A stretch of 63,161 nt of DNA, filler included, from Bdellovibrionota bacterium (lineage in GTDB: Bacteria > Bdellovibrionota > Bdellovibrionia > Bdellovibrionales > JAEYZS01): the NCBI GenBank assembly GCA_963169515.1. It is 5 parts of 5 records of this genome, joined end to end, with 100 filler letters (N's around TTAATTAATTAA, not from the genome) between each part and the next. Parts side by side here need not be neighbours in the genome. Positions count along the whole stretch, not along the records: positions 59,043 to 63,161 come from CAUJEF010000013.1; 4 more parts are not named here. One strand, given 5' to 3'. Positions 59,374 to 63,161 of the stretch are shown one piece after another (within the stretch, counting starts at the first letter, position 1; each line of letters opens with the position of its first letter). Both the position numbers and the translations under genes were made by a program. The notes under the pieces are model-generated. The model was given only the letters and a program-made list of their open reading frames with translations, was not told where the DNA came from and searched no databases.

Positions 59374-61308
59374 ATGGCTGTCCAAATCGTTTTACCCGAT
59401 AATTCTAAAAAATCATTCAACCACGCTCCCACAGTGCTTGAAGTGGCCCAATCGATCGGTCCGCGTTTAGCCCAAGACACCCTTGGAGGTGTCGTAAACG
59501 GGGAGTTGGTGGATTTGCGGCATATTTTGAAGGATAGCGACAAGCTTGAAATTGTAACCCAGAAACACTCACAAGCCCTGGAAGTAATCCGTCATTCAGC
59601 AGCGCACGTTATGGCGCAAGCAGTTCAATCTTTGTGGCCTGACGTGAAGGTGACAATTGGCCCAGTAATCAAAGACGGATTTTATTATGATTTTGATTCT
59701 CCACATGCATTCACCCCAGAGGATCTTGAAAAAATTGAAAAGAAAATGCAGGAGCTCATTAAAAAAGATACGCCCGTGACGAAAGAAGTTCTTCCGTTTG
59801 ATAAGGCCTTGGATCTTTTTAAGAAGATGGGTGAGAAATACAAAGTCGAATTGATCAATGAATTTAAAGAAAAAGAAATTTCAATTTATAAACAGGGCGA
59901 ATGGTTCGATTTGTGTAAGGGGCCCCATGTACAGCATTTGGGACAAATAAAAACAGTAAAGGTGCTGTCACTGGCGGGTTCTTACTGGCGTGGGGATGAA
60001 AAACGTGAAAGCTTGCAACGGATCTACGCGACAGCGTTCCTAAATCAAAAAGACCTCGACGAACATTTGGCTCGAATTGAAGAGGCAAAAAAACGCGATC
60101 ACAGAAAAGTTGGGAAAGAGATGGGACTGTTCCATTTCACACAGTTGTCCCCGGGAAGTCCATTTTTCACGAAAAAAGGCACAGTCGTTTACAATGAATT
60201 ACAAAATTATATGCGCCAATTATATAAAAAATATGGCTATGACGAAGTGATTTCGCCTATGATATACGACGTAGAGCTGTACCATACATCGGGTCACTAC
60301 GAAAATTATATTGAAAATATGTATTTTACAGAAATCGACAACAGGGAGTTTTCAGTTAAGCCGATGAACTGTCCTGGCCATTGCATACTTTACGGCAGCG
60401 ATCATTATTCATACAAAGATCTTCCGCTTAGAATGGCTGATTTTGGTCGGCTGCACCGTTATGAAAAGAGCGGAGTGATGCATGGGTTAACCCGTGTACG
60501 TTCGTTTGCACAAGATGACGGCCATATTTTTTGCACTTTCGATCAAATTCCAGGAGAGATTCAATTATTCATTAAAATGTTGAATGAAGCCTATGCGACG
60601 CTTGGGATGCCCAAGTATAAAATTTATTTAGCAACCCGACCAGAAAAGCGGATTGGTTCTGACGAAATTTGGGATCGTTCAGAGGCTGCGCTTGAAAGTG
60701 CACTAAAGGCAATGAACTTGGATTTTTCATTAAGTCCCGGCGATGGGGCGTTCTATGGGCCCAAAGTGGATATTAACTTTTTTGACGCTCTGGACAGGCC
60801 TTGGCAGTTGGGTACGATTCAGTGTGATTTTAATGCGCCAGAAAGATTTAATTTGCGTTATGTAGGGTCAGACAACAAGGACCACAGGCCCGTCATGTTA
60901 CATCGTGCAGTTTTAGGTTCTTTGGAGCGGTTTATTGGACTTTACATTGAGCATTGTGCTGGACATTTTCCTCTGTGGCTGGCGCCAGAACAAATTCGAA
61001 TTATGAACATTACTGATCGCTCCAAATCTTACGGCGAAGGCCTTCTGGAGAAGTTTAGAAAAAACGATGTGCGTGTGCATTTTGACGATCGGAATGAGAA
61101 GTTAGGGTTTAAAATTCGTGAGGCACAACTTGCGAAGGTTCCGTACATGGTTGTTGTAGGTGACAAAGAGGCCGAACAACAGCTAATTACCGTTCGTCAC
61201 CGTTCGGGCAAAAACTTTGAAGGCTTAAGTTTTGAGAATTTTATAAATGGTATTTCAAAAGAAATAGGCGAAAGAAAATTAGACAGTTATTTAACAGGAG
61301 GTAATTGA
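59374..61308 (+). CDS. thrS: Threonine--tRNA ligase
   Basis: TGS domain, RHSAAH, DLCKGPH, RDHRK, KPMNCPGH, GAFYGPK, HRAVLGSLERF. Confidence 0.98.
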   Translation: MAVQIVLPDNSKKSFNHAPTVLEVAQSIGPRLAQDTLGGVVNGELVDLRHILKDSDKLEIVTQKHSQALEVIRHSAAHVMAQAVQSLWPDVKVTIGPVIKDGFYYDFDSPHAFTPEDLEKIEKKMQELIKKDTPVTKEVLPFDKALDLFKKMGEKYKVELINEFKEKEISIYKQGEWFDLCKGPHVQHLGQIKTVKVLSLAGSYWRGDEKRESLQRIYATAFLNQKDLDEHLARIEEAKKRDHRKVGKEMGLFHFTQLSPGSPFFTKKGTVVYNELQNYMRQLYKKYGYDEVISPMIYDVELYHTSGHYENYIENMYFTEIDNREFSVKPMNCPGHCILYGSDHYSYKDLPLRMADFGRLHRYEKSGVMHGLTRVRSFAQDDGHIFCTFDQIPGEIQLFIKMLNEAYATLGMPKYKIYLATRPEKRIGSDEIWDRSEAALESALKAMNLDFSLSPGDGAFYGPKVDINFFDALDRPWQLGTIQCDFNAPERFNLRYVGSDNKDHRPVMLHRAVLGSLERFIGLYIEHCAGHFPLWLAPEQIRIMNITDRSKSYGEGLLEKFRKNDVRVHFDDRNEKLGFKIREAQLAKVPYMVVVGDKEAEQQLITVRHRSGKNFEGLSFENFINGISKEIGERKLDSYLTGGN

Positions 61309-61310
61309 GT

Positions 61311-61961
61311 TTGAATAACAGAGAAGGTAGTTCAGGTGGTGCTCAAAGAGAAGGTTTCCGTCCCCCAAAAAAGGAAGACCGCGGATTTCGTGTGAATAGA
61401 GAGATTTACGCGCCTAAAATCCGTGTGATTGACGATGAGGGCGGAATGCTGGGTGAAATGACGGTCGCAGAGGGTATCCGTATGGCGCAAGATCGGGGAT
61501 TAGATCTGATTGAGGTTGCCCCCAATGCTAAACCGCCGACATGCAAGATCATGGATTACGGTAAGTACAAATATGAGCAAAAAAAGAAACAGCAGCAGTC
61601 TAAGAAAAATCAAATCCAAATGAAGGTAAAAGAAATTCAATTGCGACCGACCACGGAACAGCATGATCTGAATACCAAGCTGAAGCACACGCGAGAGTTT
61701 CTTGAGGACGGCGATAAAGCTAAAATCAATGTTAAATTCCGGGGTCGAGAGATTGCTTATCAAGACATGGGGCGAACATTATTGGAGCGGGTTATTGAAT
61801 CCCTTAAGGATATCGCGGTTGTAGAGACCCCGATTCAAACTGAAGGAAAGCAAATGTTCATTATGTTGGCGCCGGACCCCGCTAAATTAAAGGACATTAT
61901 GCGCCGGAAAAGGGAAAAGGCCGCCAAAGCAGCGCAACAAAAAGATGTACAAGAAGGGTAA
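61311..61961 (+). CDS. infC: Translation initiation factor IF-3
   Basis: RVNREI...IRVID, LDLIEVAP.AKPP.CKIMDYGKYKYE, VKFRGRE; start TTG at 61311 (9 nt after AGGAGG) or TTG at 61305. Confidence 0.96.
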   Translation: MNNREGSSGGAQREGFRPPKKEDRGFRVNREIYAPKIRVIDDEGGMLGEMTVAEGIRMAQDRGLDLIEVAPNAKPPTCKIMDYGKYKYEQKKKQQQSKKNQIQMKVKEIQLRPTTEQHDLNTKLKHTREFLEDGDKAKINVKFRGREIAYQDMGRTLLERVIESLKDIAVVETPIQTEGKQMFIMLAPDPAKLKDIMRRKREKAAKAAQQKDVQEG

Positions 61962-62060
61962 GAGCTGCTAATTCCTTACATTAATTAAATATTAACCCTG
62001 AGCAGGTTTGTAAAATACCGGTTGAGCGATTAGCTCCTGGTTACCTTAAAGGAGTGTACG

Positions 62061-62255
62061 ATGCCCAAAGCAAAAACAAATTCGGGTGCGAAGAAGCGTT
62101 TTCGCTTAAAAAAGAGCGGAAAAGTTAAACGAGGCCAGGTCGGGAAACGACATCTTTTGGTAAATAAAAGTCATAAAAGAAAACGTCAACTTACAGGACA
62201 GACACACGTAAACGATGCGAATATGCGCGAAATGTCTCGTCTGCTAAAATTCTAG
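62061..62255 (+). CDS. rpmI: 50S ribosomal protein L35
   Basis: MPKAKTNSGAKKRF...KRHLL...KRKRQL; position in the operon. Confidence 0.96.
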   Translation: MPKAKTNSGAKKRFRLKKSGKVKRGQVGKRHLLVNKSHKRKRQLTGQTHVNDANMREMSRLLKF

Positions 62256-62264
62256 GAGTAGATC

Positions 62265-62609
62265 ATGAGAGTACGTGGTGGACCAAAAACTAGAAAAAGA
62301 AGAAATAAATTTTTAAAGCGAGCAAAAGGTTTTTATTCAGCCGGTAGCCGCAGTTATACAATCGCCCGTGAGCGCGGTGATAAGTCGCTACAGTATGCCT
62401 ATCGCGATAGAAAAGTTCGAAAACGTCAGCTCCGCTCCCTATGGATTATGAGAATTAATGCTGCCGTTCGTTTGTTTGGAATGAACTATTCAACATTTAT
62501 GGATGGGCTGAATAAGGCTGGCATAACCATTGATCGCAAAATGCTGGCCGACATGGCGATTCGAGATCCTCAGGGATTTCAAGCCATCGTACAAAGCATT
62601 GCCAAATAG
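62265..62609 (+). CDS. rplT: 50S ribosomal protein L20
   Basis: [34 protein letters not shown]. Confidence 0.97.
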   Translation: MRVRGGPKTRKRRNKFLKRAKGFYSAGSRSYTIARERGDKSLQYAYRDRKVRKRQLRSLWIMRINAAVRLFGMNYSTFMDGLNKAGITIDRKMLADMAIRDPQGFQAIVQSIAK

Positions 62610-62618
62610 TAACTTTCT

Positions 62619-63161
62619 ATGGATGAAACAATAGAGCAATTTGAAGATCGGAAGCGCGATCACCTAGAAATTGCTCTGCGTTTCGAAAATCAAGCCGAAG
62701 GGTTAGCTGGATTTGATCGCATTGTTCTTGAACACGAAGCCCTTCCTGAATTCAATTTTAAAGACATTTCAATTCAAACTGAAATTTTAGGAAAAAAATT
62801 AAAGGCGCCGCTATTTGTAAGTTCGATGACGGCGGGCCACTCGCAGGGACTTGAGCTCAACACATTGCTTGCAAAAACCTGTGAAGAGCGCGGTTGGATG
62901 ATGGGTATTGGGTCTCAACGTAGAGAACTAACCGATACAATAGCAGGGCAAGAATGGAAAAAAATTCGTCGTTTTGCGCCGAATGTCACATTGATGGGAA
63001 ATTTAGGGATTGCTCAGGTCGTTGAGACCCCGACAGAGAGGGTGGAGCGCCTTGTCGAATCCCTTGAGGCAACTGCCATGATTGTGCATTTGAATGCCCT
63101 TCAGGAATGTATACAGCCAGAGGGTACTCCGAACTTTAAAAACAGTTGCGAGTCATTAGAG
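62619..63161 (+). CDS. fni: Type 2 isopentenyl-diphosphate isomerase (3' truncated, missing from the ORF track)
   Basis: Manual translation MDETIEQFEDRKRDHLEIAL...PLFVSSMTAG...MGIGSQR...GNLG...HLNALQECIQPEG. Confidence 0.92.
   Translation, partial: MDETIEQFEDRKRDHLEIALRFENQAEGLAGFDRIVLEHEALPEFNFKDISIQTEILGKKLKAPLFVSSMTAGHSQGLELNTLLAKTCEERGWMMGIGSQRRELTDTIAGQEWKKIRRFAPNVTLMGNLGIAQVVETPTERVERLVESLEATAMIVHLNALQECIQPEGTPNFKNSCESLE

Overview
The window is five contig pieces joined by artificial 100-bp linkers (N44-TTAATTAATTAA-N44 at 23729, 32497, 49354 and 58943), so adjacency across linkers has no biological meaning. By inference it comes from a Bdellovibrionota-like predatory bacterium: FNNC/YQNC-type lipoprotein signals, an S74-chaperoned fibre protein, a type 2 IPP isomerase after rplT, and many secreted hypothetical proteins. 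Piece 1: TPR lipoprotein, EI24/CysZ-like gene, gshA, sufE, pepA, clpP-clpX-lon, a secreted protein with a caspase/gingipain-like His-Cys dyad, an M24 peptidase, a TPR-wHTH regulator, tRNA-Val, and a surface-glycan locus with two decayed sugar-pathway genes. Piece 2: toxin-antitoxin genes, an Ig-repeat lipoprotein, an outer-membrane barrel and a palindromic repeat family. Piece 3: a TMTC-like protein glycosylation cluster, a nitric-oxide/heme cluster (hemerythrin, nnrS, hemN, Crp/Fnr, hemJ) with candidate operator boxes, a two-component system, a REPIN-like element and a collagen-stalked fibre adhesin. Piece 4: ABC binding proteins, a GAF/HD-GYP phosphodiesterase, an amino acid dehydrogenase and lipoproteins behind sigma28-like promoters. 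Piece 5: thrS-infC-rpmI-rplT-fni. The best candidates for undescribed biology are the TMTC-type glycosylation cluster, the caspase-fold secreted protein, and two short palindromic repeat families. All family calls come from motif recognition by eye; no searches were run.
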